Source: Myxococcales bacterium
GTDB lineage: Bacteria; Myxococcota_A; UBA9042; JABWCM01; BTVJ01
Reading direction: 5' to 3'
Length of the DNA: 64,000 nt
Assembly: GCA_045863395.1 (NCBI GenBank)
Contig: BTVJ01000004.1
Span: forward strand, 128,001 to 192,000
Of the stretch, positions 10,149 to 19,303 are shown one piece after another (positions within the stretch are counted from its first letter, which is position 1; every line of letters starts with the position of its first letter). The notes beneath the pieces are model-generated. The model was not told the origin of the DNA. It searched no databases and was given only the letters and a program-made list of their open reading frames with translations. The translations under genes were made by a program, and so were the position numbers.

Positions 10149-11449
10149 GGAGCGTCCGGCGACGTCAGTTGCGTTGTTTGCCCCTGGCGTGGCTCGCTGC
10201 GTGTGCGAGCCCCACGGGGACGGCGCCGGCGCCCGTGGAGTCTGCCTCGCAAACGAGCTATGGAGCAGGGCAGGAGGTCGTGGTCGAAGCGGCCCTCCAG
10301 GCGAGCGCCGAGTGCGACTACCGGGACGTTCCCTTCAGATGGCGCAAGCTCGATGTCGAAGGAGCCCCCCCCACCCACCGCGAGGGGGCGGCGCTCGGGT
10401 TCGACGCGGTCCGTGATCGGGTCCTCGTGTTTGGTGGATACGAATACCCGGCACCCCCAGGCTGCCCCTACCGGCAGGACACCTGGGAGCTGAGATTCTG
10501 GCCAGTGCCCGCATGGACCAAGATCGACGGTGGGTCGGTGATTCCTCGCGCTCGATCCTACGGCTCCGGCGACTTCGACCCGGCGACCGACTCCCTCCTC
10601 GTCTTTGGGGGTGCGAACTGGTGCACGGGAGCGTTCGACATCAACAACCCCTCCGACTACGGCGTCAACGACACCTGGCGCCTCGACGCGAGCTCCCTGA
10701 CGTGGTCGAGGGTCCACCCCGCGGGCGAGCTCCCGTGGACTCGCTGGGGAGCGCAGGCTGTGTTGGTGCCTGAGACGCATTCGCTCGTCGTGCAGGGAGG
10801 CTACAACTTCAACGTCGACTTCGTGGGAGATACGTGGGAGCTCGGGCCGAGCGGCTCCGGGTCCGGTTGGGCTCGTGTGGCCGGGCACGAGGAAGGACCG
10901 GGGGAGAGGGCCAACGCCCTCCACTGGTACGACCCGGAGCGCGCGATGATGGTGGTCGCGGGCGGAGCCCGGTGTTTCGGGAGCTGCCCGACCATACACT
11001 ATCGCGACACCTACGGCCTCACCGGGCTTGGGCGGGGCGGACCGAAGACGTGGTACGAGCTGCACCTGACGAGCAACATCCCTCACCGCTTTTCGGGGGG
11101 GCGCTGTGCCTTCGACCCGGTGGCGCACCGGGCCACCTGCTCGCGGGGGCGGTACTACCCGGGTCCGCCGAGTGAGGACGCGGTCGGCGTCGAGAGCTAC
11201 GACACCTGGACATTCACCTTCGAGGGCCCGCGTTCGGGGCGCTTCGAGATCGTCGATACCGGGGGGACCTGGCCCAAGGGGCGCAACGCCGACCTGATGT
11301 ACGACCCGAAGCGTGATCGCTTCATCGCCTTCGGAGGGGCCGTCGGGACGGGGTCTGCTGGGAACTTCACGACGACCAACGAGGTATGGGTGCTCGAGCG
11401 CGATTGGACCCGCGCCCCGTGCACACCGCCTCCGGTACACAGACCGTAG
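10145..11449 (+). CDS. Kelch-like beta-propeller lipoprotein
   Basis: ATGA overlap with upstream stop; lipobox LAAC; repeated 'D...LVFGG...DTW.L....W' blades. Confidence 0.8.
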   Translation: MRSVRRRQLRCLPLAWLAACASPTGTAPAPVESASQTSYGAGQEVVVEAALQASAECDYRDVPFRWRKLDVEGAPPTHREGAALGFDAVRDRVLVFGGYEYPAPPGCPYRQDTWELRFWPVPAWTKIDGGSVIPRARSYGSGDFDPATDSLLVFGGANWCTGAFDINNPSDYGVNDTWRLDASSLTWSRVHPAGELPWTRWGAQAVLVPETHSLVVQGGYNFNVDFVGDTWELGPSGSGSGWARVAGHEEGPGERANALHWYDPERAMMVVAGGARCFGSCPTIHYRDTYGLTGLGRGGPKTWYELHLTSNIPHRFSGGRCAFDPVAHRATCSRGRYYPGPPSEDAVGVESYDTWTFTFEGPRSGRFEIVDTGGTWPKGRNADLMYDPKRDRFIAFGGAVGTGSAGNFTTTNEVWVLERDWTRAPCTPPPVHRP

Positions 11450-11461
11450 GAGGTGTCTTCC

Positions 11462-14092
11462 ATGAGCGTGCGCACCGCCGCTTCGGTCGCCGCCGCCCTC
11501 TCGTGGTGTATGGCCGCGGGTCCCAGGCCAGTCGTCGCCACCGCGGGCCCGTGCGTCGTAGGCCTGCCCCTGAACGCTGGCTGCGGCTCGGTCGCACCGG
11601 CGGGCTGCTGCGCGGGCGGCAACGTCCTGTGGTGCGCCCCCGACGGGGTGACACTCTGTGCCCTGGAGTGCGTCGGCGCTGGCACATGCGGATTCGCTGT
11701 CACCCACGAGATATACGACTGCGGAACGGCGGGTCTGGCCGACCCCACGGGCACGCTCCCCATGCAGTGCGATTGGGCGTGTGCGCCGGACTGCACGGGG
11801 AGGCAGTGCGGCCCCGACGGCTGCCTGGGGAGCTGTGGAGACTGTCCACAGGACACCCCGCTGTGCGCGTCCGGTGGCCAGTGCGTCTCCTGTCTTCCTG
11901 ACTGCGACGGCAAGACGTGTGGGCTCGACGGCTGCGGCGGGCTGTGTGGCGTGTGTCCAGTCGGCCTGGACTGCGACCCGAATGGCCACTGTTGCACACC
12001 GGACTGCACAGGGGCGGAGTGCGGGTCGGACGGCTGCGGGGGCACGTGCGGCGCCTGTGGATGGCCGATGCACTGCAGCCCGGGCCGCACGTGCGAGGAG
12101 TGCGGGTGCAGCGGCAGGGTCTGCGGCAACGATGGCTGCGGCGCGAGCTGCGGCACATGCCCCGCCGGACAGGGCTGCACGCCGGACGGGACGTGTGCGC
12201 CCGCTCCCGCCGGCTGCTCCCCAGGGGAACTCGGCTGCAGCGGCTGCGCCTGCGGCACGTGCGTCTGCGCAGGCGACCCCTGGTGTTGCTCCGTTGCATG
12301 GGACTCGCTGTGCGCGGTGGCGTGCGCGAGGTGCGAGGGCTGCGGGGATCTCTGCGTCCCAGACTGCCAGGGAAGGGTGTGCGGGGACACAGACGGCTGC
12401 GGTGGCTCCTGCGGCACGTGCCCGCAGGGGATGCGCTGCGCCGGATTCGGGAAGAAGTGTCTCCCCTGCGGCTGCACCGCCAAGGAGTGCGGAGACGACG
12501 GCTGTGGCACAAGCTGCGGGAGCTGCCCCCCAGGAGAGGTCTGTGCGAAGGGCTCGTGCGTTCCCCTCGGCTGCGGAGTGACCGCGTCGCCCGGGTGTGC
12601 CGGGTGCGCGTGCGAGGAGTGCGTTTGCAGCATCGACCCGGCCTGCTGCACGGTGGCATGGGACGCGACCTGCGCCACCGCCTGCCGCTACGAGTGCCAG
12701 GGCTGCCCCTGCATCCCCGACTGCGATAGCCGCGAGTGTGGGTGGGTCGGCTGCGGCTACAAGAAGTTCACGTGCGGGAGCTGTCCCGCGGGCGCCGTCT
12801 GCACGTTGGACGGCCTCTGCTGCAAGCCGAGCTGCAAGGGCAAGGAGTGCGGGAGCGACGGCTGCGGCGGGCTCTGTGGTGAGTGCTCGACGGGCCAGGT
12901 GTGCCACGCCGGCAAGTGCACCTGTGTGCCGGTGTGCGAGGGGAAGGCGTGCGGGCCAGATGGCTGCGGAGGCTCCTGCGGAGACTGCCCGGGGAGCACC
13001 GCGTGCAGGGGCGGGAGCTGCGAGCCCGACTATCCGGCCGCGTGCCTGGGGTCGAAGGTCCCCAGCGCAGATGCGTGCCCGGTGGGACTCGGCTTCGAGG
13101 GCTGCTGCGACGACCAGGGCCGTGTCGTGTGGTGCGAGGGCGGTGCGTTGCACTGCCTCGCCTGCGCCTCGAAGGACGGCTGCGGCTGGAGGACGCAGAA
13201 GCCGAGCGGTGAGGCCGCGGCGTGGTACGACTGTGGCGGCTCAGGCGCAGACCCTGCGGGGACGTTCGCGCTCCTGTGCGGCGCGCTCTGCGTCCCGGCC
13301 TGCACAGGTCACGAGTGCGGTCCCGACGGCTGTGGCGGGACGTGCGGCTCCGGGTGCGGACCGGACGTCCCGTGCGTCGATGGCCACTGCTCCCCGGTCA
13401 GTCCGGACGCCGTCGGCGGCGACGGAGGCGCGGAAGACACGTGGCTGAGCGACGGGAGCGTGGGCGACGGCGGCAGCCTGGACGACGGTGGCAGCCTGCA
13501 TGACGGTGGTGCCGAGGACGTTGCCAGCGACGTGGCCCCGGCGCCCGACGAGGGCTCGACGGACGAGGCGTCACCGGACGACGGGACGACGCGACCGAGG
13601 GACGCGGTCGAGGCCAGGGGCGGTGACGGAGGTGCGGCCTCAGACTCCTGGACCAGATTGACCGGTGATGGCTCCGGGGGAGGACGCGGGACGCACGACA
13701 GCGCCGGGGGCCGAATTGGGGCTGACGCTCTCCCCGATGACGCTCTCGCGCGCGGCAGGCCCGAGCCTCGCCCTGGCGTCGATGCTCGAACGTCGGACGC
13801 GGCCGAGGCAACGCCCGACACAGGCTCCACCTGCGGCGAATCGCGGGGCGGCTGCAGAGACGGCGTGCTTGGTGGCGGAGCCGGACCGGGCCCCGGCGAG
13901 GGCTGCGGGGGATGCGCCGCGTCTGGAGGCGCACCAGGGGGCGCACAGGCAGGTGCCCTGGTCGCCTTCGTGGCTCTCCTGACATGGAGTCACCGGCTGG
14001 GCTCCCGTTCGGCACCACAGACCAGGCAGACCTGGCGCCTCCGACCGCGGGTGCGCTTGTACGCGCCAACTTGGCCGTCGACCCGAGCTTGA
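11462..14092 (+). CDS. Cys-rich repeat surface protein with MYXO-CTERM-like tail
   Basis: AGGAGG RBS; signal peptide; many CxPxCxGKxCGxDGCGGxCGxC repeats; acidic linker; C-terminal GCGGCAA + hydrophobic stretch + Arg. Confidence 0.8.
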   Translation: MSVRTAASVAAALSWCMAAGPRPVVATAGPCVVGLPLNAGCGSVAPAGCCAGGNVLWCAPDGVTLCALECVGAGTCGFAVTHEIYDCGTAGLADPTGTLPMQCDWACAPDCTGRQCGPDGCLGSCGDCPQDTPLCASGGQCVSCLPDCDGKTCGLDGCGGLCGVCPVGLDCDPNGHCCTPDCTGAECGSDGCGGTCGACGWPMHCSPGRTCEECGCSGRVCGNDGCGASCGTCPAGQGCTPDGTCAPAPAGCSPGELGCSGCACGTCVCAGDPWCCSVAWDSLCAVACARCEGCGDLCVPDCQGRVCGDTDGCGGSCGTCPQGMRCAGFGKKCLPCGCTAKECGDDGCGTSCGSCPPGEVCAKGSCVPLGCGVTASPGCAGCACEECVCSIDPACCTVAWDATCATACRYECQGCPCIPDCDSRECGWVGCGYKKFTCGSCPAGAVCTLDGLCCKPSCKGKECGSDGCGGLCGECSTGQVCHAGKCTCVPVCEGKACGPDGCGGSCGDCPGSTACRGGSCEPDYPAACLGSKVPSADACPVGLGFEGCCDDQGRVVWCEGGALHCLACASKDGCGWRTQKPSGEAAAWYDCGGSGADPAGTFALLCGALCVPACTGHECGPDGCGGTCGSGCGPDVPCVDGHCSPVSPDAVGGDGGAEDTWLSDGSVGDGGSLDDGGSLHDGGAEDVASDVAPAPDEGSTDEASPDDGTTRPRDAVEARGGDGGAASDSWTRLTGDGSGGGRGTHDSAGGRIGADALPDDALARGRPEPRPGVDARTSDAAEATPDTGSTCGESRGGCRDGVLGGGAGPGPGEGCGGCAASGGAPGGAQAGALVAFVALLTWSHRLGSRSAPQTRQTWRLRPRVRLYAPTWPSTRA

Positions 14093-14282
14093 CCCACTGC
14101 CTGCTCGAGCAGCTCCGCTACGACCAGCCCCAGGCTGCCACGGAGAGCGATCCTGGAAGTCCGTGAGGCTGTCCAAGGAGGCTGGGCGGGCTGAATGGCC
14201 CCTGGCCGCTGGCTCAAGCTTGCGCGCGGGCGCACGGCCGGCGATGCTGCCACCCTCTAGCGGTTCGCGGACAGGAGCAGGC

Positions 14283-15422
14283 GTGCTGGAGGTCGAGCAC
14301 ATCGACGGAATGGGGAGGGTGGACGCAGCCGCCTGGGACGCGCTGGTCGGACCGGACGACCCGTTCACGGAGCACGCCTTCCTGCGCACGCTGGAGGACA
14401 GCGGCAGCGTGGGGCCTGGCACGGGGTGGACCCCGCGCCACGTGCTCGTCCGGCGGGACGGGCGCCTCGTAGGCGCCACCCCCGCCTACGTCAAGGACCA
14501 CAGCTACGGCGAGTACATCTTCGACTGGGGGTGGGCGGAGGCGGCGCATCGGGCGGGGCTCCGGTACTACCCCAAGGTGGTCTGTGCCGTGCCGCACACG
14601 CCGGCCGGAGGCAGCCGGCTCCTCCTGGCGCCGGGCGTGGGGCCCGAGCTGGTGGACGCGCTGCACGGTGGCCTGCAGGCCCTGGCGGACGCGGCACGGG
14701 CGTCTTCGCTGCACGTCCTGTTCTCGACCGAGGCCGAGCGCGACGCGCTGGTCGCCCGCGGCATGCTCCCGCGGCTGACCTACCAGTTCCACTGGGAGGA
14801 CCGCGGCTTCGGCGACTTCGAGGGCTTCCTGGGCGCCATGCGTTCGCCGGCGCGCAAGCAGGTCCGCCGCGAGCGCCGGGAGGCGGCGGCCCACGGGCTC
14901 CGCATCGAGGCCCTGCGAGGCGACGCGCTGACCCCAGCGGCCTGGGACGCGGCGCGGCGCTTCTACCGGGCGACCGCCGCGCGCAAGGGCGCATACCCCT
15001 ACCTGACCGACGCCTTCTTCGAGCTGGCGGCGACCACGCTGAGGCACAGGGCGCTGATCTTCCTGGCCCTGCGGGGGCACCAGCCCGTCGCCGGGACCCT
15101 GTCCTTCCAGAAGGGGCGCCACCTCTACGGGCGCTACTGGGGCTGCGTCGACGCCTTCGAGCTGCTGCACTTCGAGGTGTGCTACTACGCCCCCATCGAG
15201 CTGTGCCTGCGCGAGGGGTGGACCCGGTTCGAGGCCGGCGCCCAGGGGGAGCACAAGCTGAAGCGTGGGTTTCTGCCGTCTCCGACCTTCAGCGCGCACT
15301 GGATCCGCCACCCAGCGCTGGCCCGCGCCGTCGGCGAGTGGCTCCCGCACGAGGCGGCCGCCGTGGAGCAGGAGATGCGCATCCTCGCCGAGGAGGGTCC
15401 GTATCGCCGCGACGGGTGCTGA
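14283..15422 (+). CDS. GNAT/FemAB-like N-acetyltransferase (DUF482-type)
   Basis: Motifs YxKxHSYGEYIFDWGWA, YYPK, LYGRYWG, LHFExCYY, FEAGAQGEHKLxRGF; GGAG before GTG 14283. Confidence 0.9.
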   Translation: MLEVEHIDGMGRVDAAAWDALVGPDDPFTEHAFLRTLEDSGSVGPGTGWTPRHVLVRRDGRLVGATPAYVKDHSYGEYIFDWGWAEAAHRAGLRYYPKVVCAVPHTPAGGSRLLLAPGVGPELVDALHGGLQALADAARASSLHVLFSTEAERDALVARGMLPRLTYQFHWEDRGFGDFEGFLGAMRSPARKQVRRERREAAAHGLRIEALRGDALTPAAWDAARRFYRATAARKGAYPYLTDAFFELAATTLRHRALIFLALRGHQPVAGTLSFQKGRHLYGRYWGCVDAFELLHFEVCYYAPIELCLREGWTRFEAGAQGEHKLKRGFLPSPTFSAHWIRHPALARAVGEWLPHEAAAVEQEMRILAEEGPYRRDGC

Positions 15423-15440
15423 CCAGCGCTCGCTCGGCGC

Positions 15441-16190
15441 TCACATCCCGGTAAACTCCTTGATCTCGTCCATCAGCACATCCAGGTCGGGGACGATGGC
15501 GGCACGCCCGCGCACCGTGACGACCCCGTCGCTGGCGAGCTGGTGCAGCGCACGCGAGACCGTCTCGCGGCGGGCGCGGAGCAGCGCCGCGAGGTCCGCT
15601 CGGCTGACCGGCAGCGTGATCACGAGCCGGCCGTCCGAGTCGACGGAGCCGTGGTGGTCTCGCAACGAGAGGAGCAGCGCAGCCACGCGGGCGCGCACCG
15701 GCATGACGGCCTGTCGGAGCAGCTCGCCCTCTGCGCACTCCAGTTCGCCGCCGACGCGGCGCAGCACGTCGATGAGCACGTCGCGGCTCTGCTCGGTCAC
15801 ACGATCCATGGTGTCACCGTTGATGAAGCAGGCGCGGCTCTCGCAGAGGGCACAGGCCGTCGTCCAGGCCGGCGTCCCGCAGAAGTACTCGGCGTGGCCC
15901 AGCAGGCAGCCGGGGCCAGCCAGGGCGACGATGATGCCGTTTCCGCTGGCGTCCTCCTTGCGAAGCGCCACGGTCCCCGACTGGACGCAGAACAGGCCGA
16001 GCGGACGCGTGTCCTCGTGGAAGACCACCTGCCCGGGGCCGTAGAGCCGCACCTCCTTGCCGTCGCTCAAGATGTGGAGGACGTCCTCCGGCAGCGACGC
16101 CCAGGCCGACGAGGCGCGAGCCCGACACCCGTGACAGCTCCGCGTTCTAGCGTTCGACTCCGCCCCCACATGCTCGGCTTCGTGCCCCAT
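15441..16190 (-). CDS. Crp/Fnr family transcriptional regulator
   Basis: N-terminal CxxC; cNMP-binding-like region (GQVVFHE...GLFCVQSG); HTH 'SRADLAALLRARRETVSRAL'. Start approximate. Confidence 0.88.
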   Translation of the reverse strand: MGHEAEHVGAESNARTRSCHGCRARASSAWASLPEDVLHILSDGKEVRLYGPGQVVFHEDTRPLGLFCVQSGTVALRKEDASGNGIIVALAGPGCLLGHAEYFCGTPAWTTACALCESRACFINGDTMDRVTEQSRDVLIDVLRRVGGELECAEGELLRQAVMPVRARVAALLLSLRDHHGSVDSDGRLVITLPVSRADLAALLRARRETVSRALHQLASDGVVTVRGRAAIVPDLDVLMDEIKEFTGM

Positions 16191-16320
16191 GGTCCGCGCC
16201 AACCCCCCATGTCGGCCAATCGCCCCCGCAGACGCAGTCCAAGATGATCAGCATGGGCCGCACCGCAACCCCTGGCCCGTACACAGTGGTCCTCGCCCGG
16301 GCGCAGCCACGGACAGGCCC

Positions 16321-17175
16321 CTACTCGCACATGCAGTTGTCGCCCACGCACACTCCGCCCGCGCTGCCCTTGGCCTTGCAGCCCGCGTCGCAGTCTCCCT
16401 CGTCGCACTCGTACCCGCCCTTGGACGGGCAGTGGAAGGAGGCCTCCACTTGAAGCAGCGTACACGCAGTAGCTGAATACGCATCGACGGGGGTCCACAT
16501 GACGTCGGCGGTCACGGCGCACGTCCCCAGCACCACCGAGCACCCACCGTGGACGAGGCGCAGGGCGGCGACCGACGGCGTGCCCTCGTTGGTGAAGCGG
16601 AGCAGCAGGGACCGGATGCGCCAGCCCGTGCCATAGGGGTCATCCTGGCTGGCGGACGCGATCACGTCCAGGTCGGGGTGGATCTTCGCCAGGCCGTCGA
16701 CCACTTCGTCGGCGAGGCTGACCTCGTCCCAGCTCGTCCCCTGGACGCTGCCTGAGATGATCATCAGGCCGGTGTGGCGCGTGTCGTCCGAGACCCACTG
16801 CCAGATCCAGTCGGACGGGATCGCCTGCCACGAGGGCGTATAGATCACGCAGCCCGACTCACCGAGCATGGACATGGCCCAGCCGCCCGGGACGGTCAGA
16901 GAGGACACCTGCGGGCAGGCCGCGGCGACCTGGAGCATCCACGCGGCGAGGGCGTCACCGTCCGTGAACGCCGGCGGCGGCCCGACGACCGGTCCGGCAT
17001 CGCCAGCGATGCCCGTGTCTGAGCCGGCCCCACCCCCGGCGCCCGCGTCCACGCCGGCGGCCCCCCCGTCCACCCCGCCCCCGTTCCCCCCTGGAGGATC
17101 GAAGATTCCTCCGTCGTCCTGCGGCGCCTCACACGACAGCGCCGCCGCCAAGGCGAGCACCATCCAGCGCTTCAT
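16321..17175 (-). CDS. Lipoprotein with C-terminal defensin-like six-Cys motif
   Basis: GGAGG RBS; MKRWMVLALAAALSC lipobox-like; Gly/Asp linker; ends CDEGDCDAGCKAKGSAGGVCVGDNCMCE. Confidence 0.8.
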   Translation of the reverse strand: MKRWMVLALAAALSCEAPQDDGGIFDPPGGNGGGVDGGAAGVDAGAGGGAGSDTGIAGDAGPVVGPPPAFTDGDALAAWMLQVAAACPQVSSLTVPGGWAMSMLGESGCVIYTPSWQAIPSDWIWQWVSDDTRHTGLMIISGSVQGTSWDEVSLADEVVDGLAKIHPDLDVIASASQDDPYGTGWRIRSLLLRFTNEGTPSVAALRLVHGGCSVVLGTCAVTADVMWTPVDAYSATACTLLQVEASFHCPSKGGYECDEGDCDAGCKAKGSAGGVCVGDNCMCE

Positions 17176-17287
17176 GTCACAGCCTCCTCGCGGCGCACGG
17201 CCGCAGCCCACCCCGATCACGGTAGGCAGGGTGCGGTGTCGTGTCGCGGGATGAAGGGGGACGGGGCCCGACGCGTGGGATGGCGGA

Positions 17288-18355
17288 CTACTCGCTCGGC
17301 AGCCCCGCCAGGAGCGCCTCGACCTCGGCCAGCTTCGCGATGACGGGCTCGCGCTCCGCGTACGCCAGCGACCGCTTGTAGGCGTCGGCCGCCTTGCCGA
17401 GAGGCTCGCGCTTGTACTTGGGGAGGTTGCTCTCGCAGCCGAGGCGGTGCGCCTCGCCGATGTTGTACCACACCTGCGCCAGGAACCTGGCGTCGGTGGA
17501 GTGCTTGACCGCCTTGTCGAAGTCCTCCAGGGCCGCGATGTAGTCGATGGAGCTGGACGACGTCTTGCGCCGCTCCAGGTAGAGCTGGAGGGTGGCGTAG
17601 CCGCGGCCCGACCAGGCCTCGGCCGCCTCCGGCGCGAAGGCGAGGGCCTGCGTGAAGGCCGTCCAGGCGTCGCTGGGCCGGCTCTTCGTCAGCTTCCGTC
17701 CGAGCTCCACCCACGGGGACGCCAGCTTCTGCGGCGAGTCGCCCTCTGCGCCCGCGCACCGCGCGACGTCCGCGAAGGGGCGCGTGCCAGACTCGTCGTA
17801 GGTGCGGTAGGTGAACTCGGTGTCCGTCAGCTCCCACTCCGGCGCGTCGGGCCCGGCGCTGTGCGGCAGGGTGTAGGCGGCCTGGACGACCACGCGACCC
17901 GTCCGCCCGTCGATCAACCACTGGGTGTAGTCGGACTCGGGGTGGGCCGGGAGGCCCGGCTCCTCGTCGCCCTCCTCGATGATGTCCTGCGTGCCCATGG
18001 ACACGACCACCCAGGGCCCCCTGGCGGAGCTCATGACCCAGTGGTTGAGCCGGGTCCTGGCATCCTTGGACAGTCGGTCGGGGAATCGGATCACGCCCTT
18101 CTGCCCCTTGACGAAGAGATCGTCGCCGCGGGGTGTGGAGACGAGCCTCGCTGCCTCGCTACCAAACGGGTCGGCGTCGCCCTCCGGGGCCGCGACGCCG
18201 GCCGCCTTGGCGGCCTCCGCCCAGGTCCCGTGGACGGCGCCCTTGATGGCGGCCCAGGTGACGTTGCTCTCCTGGATGAGGCAGGTCTCGTCCGCCGGAG
18301 CAGCGACGGCGGATCCGGCGAGGAGGGTGACGAAGACAACGGCTGTTCGGCGCAT
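17288..18355 (-). CDS. Secreted protein with C-terminal TPR repeats
   Basis: Signal peptide; TPR-like helices (AFTQALAFAPEAAEAWSGRG, WYNIGEAHR, AADAYKRSL). Confidence 0.75.
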   Translation of the reverse strand: MRRTAVVFVTLLAGSAVAAPADETCLIQESNVTWAAIKGAVHGTWAEAAKAAGVAAPEGDADPFGSEAARLVSTPRGDDLFVKGQKGVIRFPDRLSKDARTRLNHWVMSSARGPWVVVSMGTQDIIEEGDEEPGLPAHPESDYTQWLIDGRTGRVVVQAAYTLPHSAGPDAPEWELTDTEFTYRTYDESGTRPFADVARCAGAEGDSPQKLASPWVELGRKLTKSRPSDAWTAFTQALAFAPEAAEAWSGRGYATLQLYLERRKTSSSSIDYIAALEDFDKAVKHSTDARFLAQVWYNIGEAHRLGCESNLPKYKREPLGKAADAYKRSLAYAEREPVIAKLAEVEALLAGLPSE

Positions 18356-18588
18356 GGGGCAGATCCTCGTTGGGGTGCGATGAGCGAGGATGACACAGCA
18401 GGAGGAGGCTCATGTCAACCGGACCGAAGGATCGAGGAAGGATCGAGAGTGGACCCGGGGACCCGCGCCCGCCGCGACCCGGGACGCGAACACACGTTCG
18501 CGGCAGCGCGACGCACGGATCGCGGCCCGCCTCCCCCAGCGGAGCCGGATCCCCAGCCTGCGTCATGCGTTGCACCGAGGGCGCGCCC

Positions 18589-18604
18589 GGGCATGGACCT
18601 TGCT
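18589..18604 (+). promoter_or_regulatory. Putative sigma54 promoter
   Basis: GGGCATGGACCTTGCT has GG-N10-GC spacing and lies ~30 nt upstream of ATG 18635. Confidence 0.5.
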
Positions 18605-18634
18605 TTGCCACGGCGCACGCAACGGAGGCACCCC

Positions 18635-19282
18635 ATGCGAACCGCCCTCATCCTCGCGCTGCTCCTCGCCCCGACAGTCGCCGCCGCCGACACCAGCGAC
18701 GGCGAGCACTTCGAGGTAACCCTCGGCTTCATGGTCGGCCAGCGGGCCTACGACAAGCTCCCCTTCGGCCACACGGATGGCCCATCCGACCTCCTGGGCG
18801 GGCGGCTCCCCGGGGTCGTCACCGCCGGGGCATCCCTCGACGACGTGCTGGTCTACGGCCTGCACTGGGACCTGCGCCTCGTGGTCAGCCACATCCGCAT
18901 GACCCTGGGCTTCGACCTGCCCTTCCCGGACCCCGACGCCTACGCGACGACCCGCACGCACACCATCGGCGGCGTCGACCGGGACGTCGCGGTCCTCGAC
19001 GTGGCCCCCTACGAGCTGCGCTTCGGCCTCGGCGGAGAGATCCCCGCCGGCATCGTCGTGCCCTTCATCGATCTGATCGGCGCCGTCCACTGGGTGGACC
19101 TGGAGCTGGCCAGCGGCGCGGACACCATCCGCTACGACGCGACCCGCTTCGGGTTCTCGGTCCGCGGCGGCGCCCGCCTCTACGTGGACGAGCCGGTCTT
19201 CATCGAGGTGGCGGGTGAGGCCGGCATCGTCGGAGACACCATCTGGAGCGCTACCCTCGCGGTCGGCTTCTCGACTGACTGA
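18635..19282 (+). CDS. Putative small outer-membrane beta-barrel protein
   Basis: GGAGG RBS; signal peptide; alternating amphipathic strands; ends ...ATLAVGFSTD. Confidence 0.7.
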   Translation: MRTALILALLLAPTVAAADTSDGEHFEVTLGFMVGQRAYDKLPFGHTDGPSDLLGGRLPGVVTAGASLDDVLVYGLHWDLRLVVSHIRMTLGFDLPFPDPDAYATTRTHTIGGVDRDVAVLDVAPYELRFGLGGEIPAGIVVPFIDLIGAVHWVDLELASGADTIRYDATRFGFSVRGGARLYVDEPVFIEVAGEAGIVGDTIWSATLAVGFSTD

Positions 19283-19303
19283 GCTTCGTTCGCCCCAAGA
19301 TGA

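Noticed and set aside
9980..13153. 1057-aa minus-strand ORF
   Set aside because: Antisense shadow of the Kelch and Cys-rich genes.
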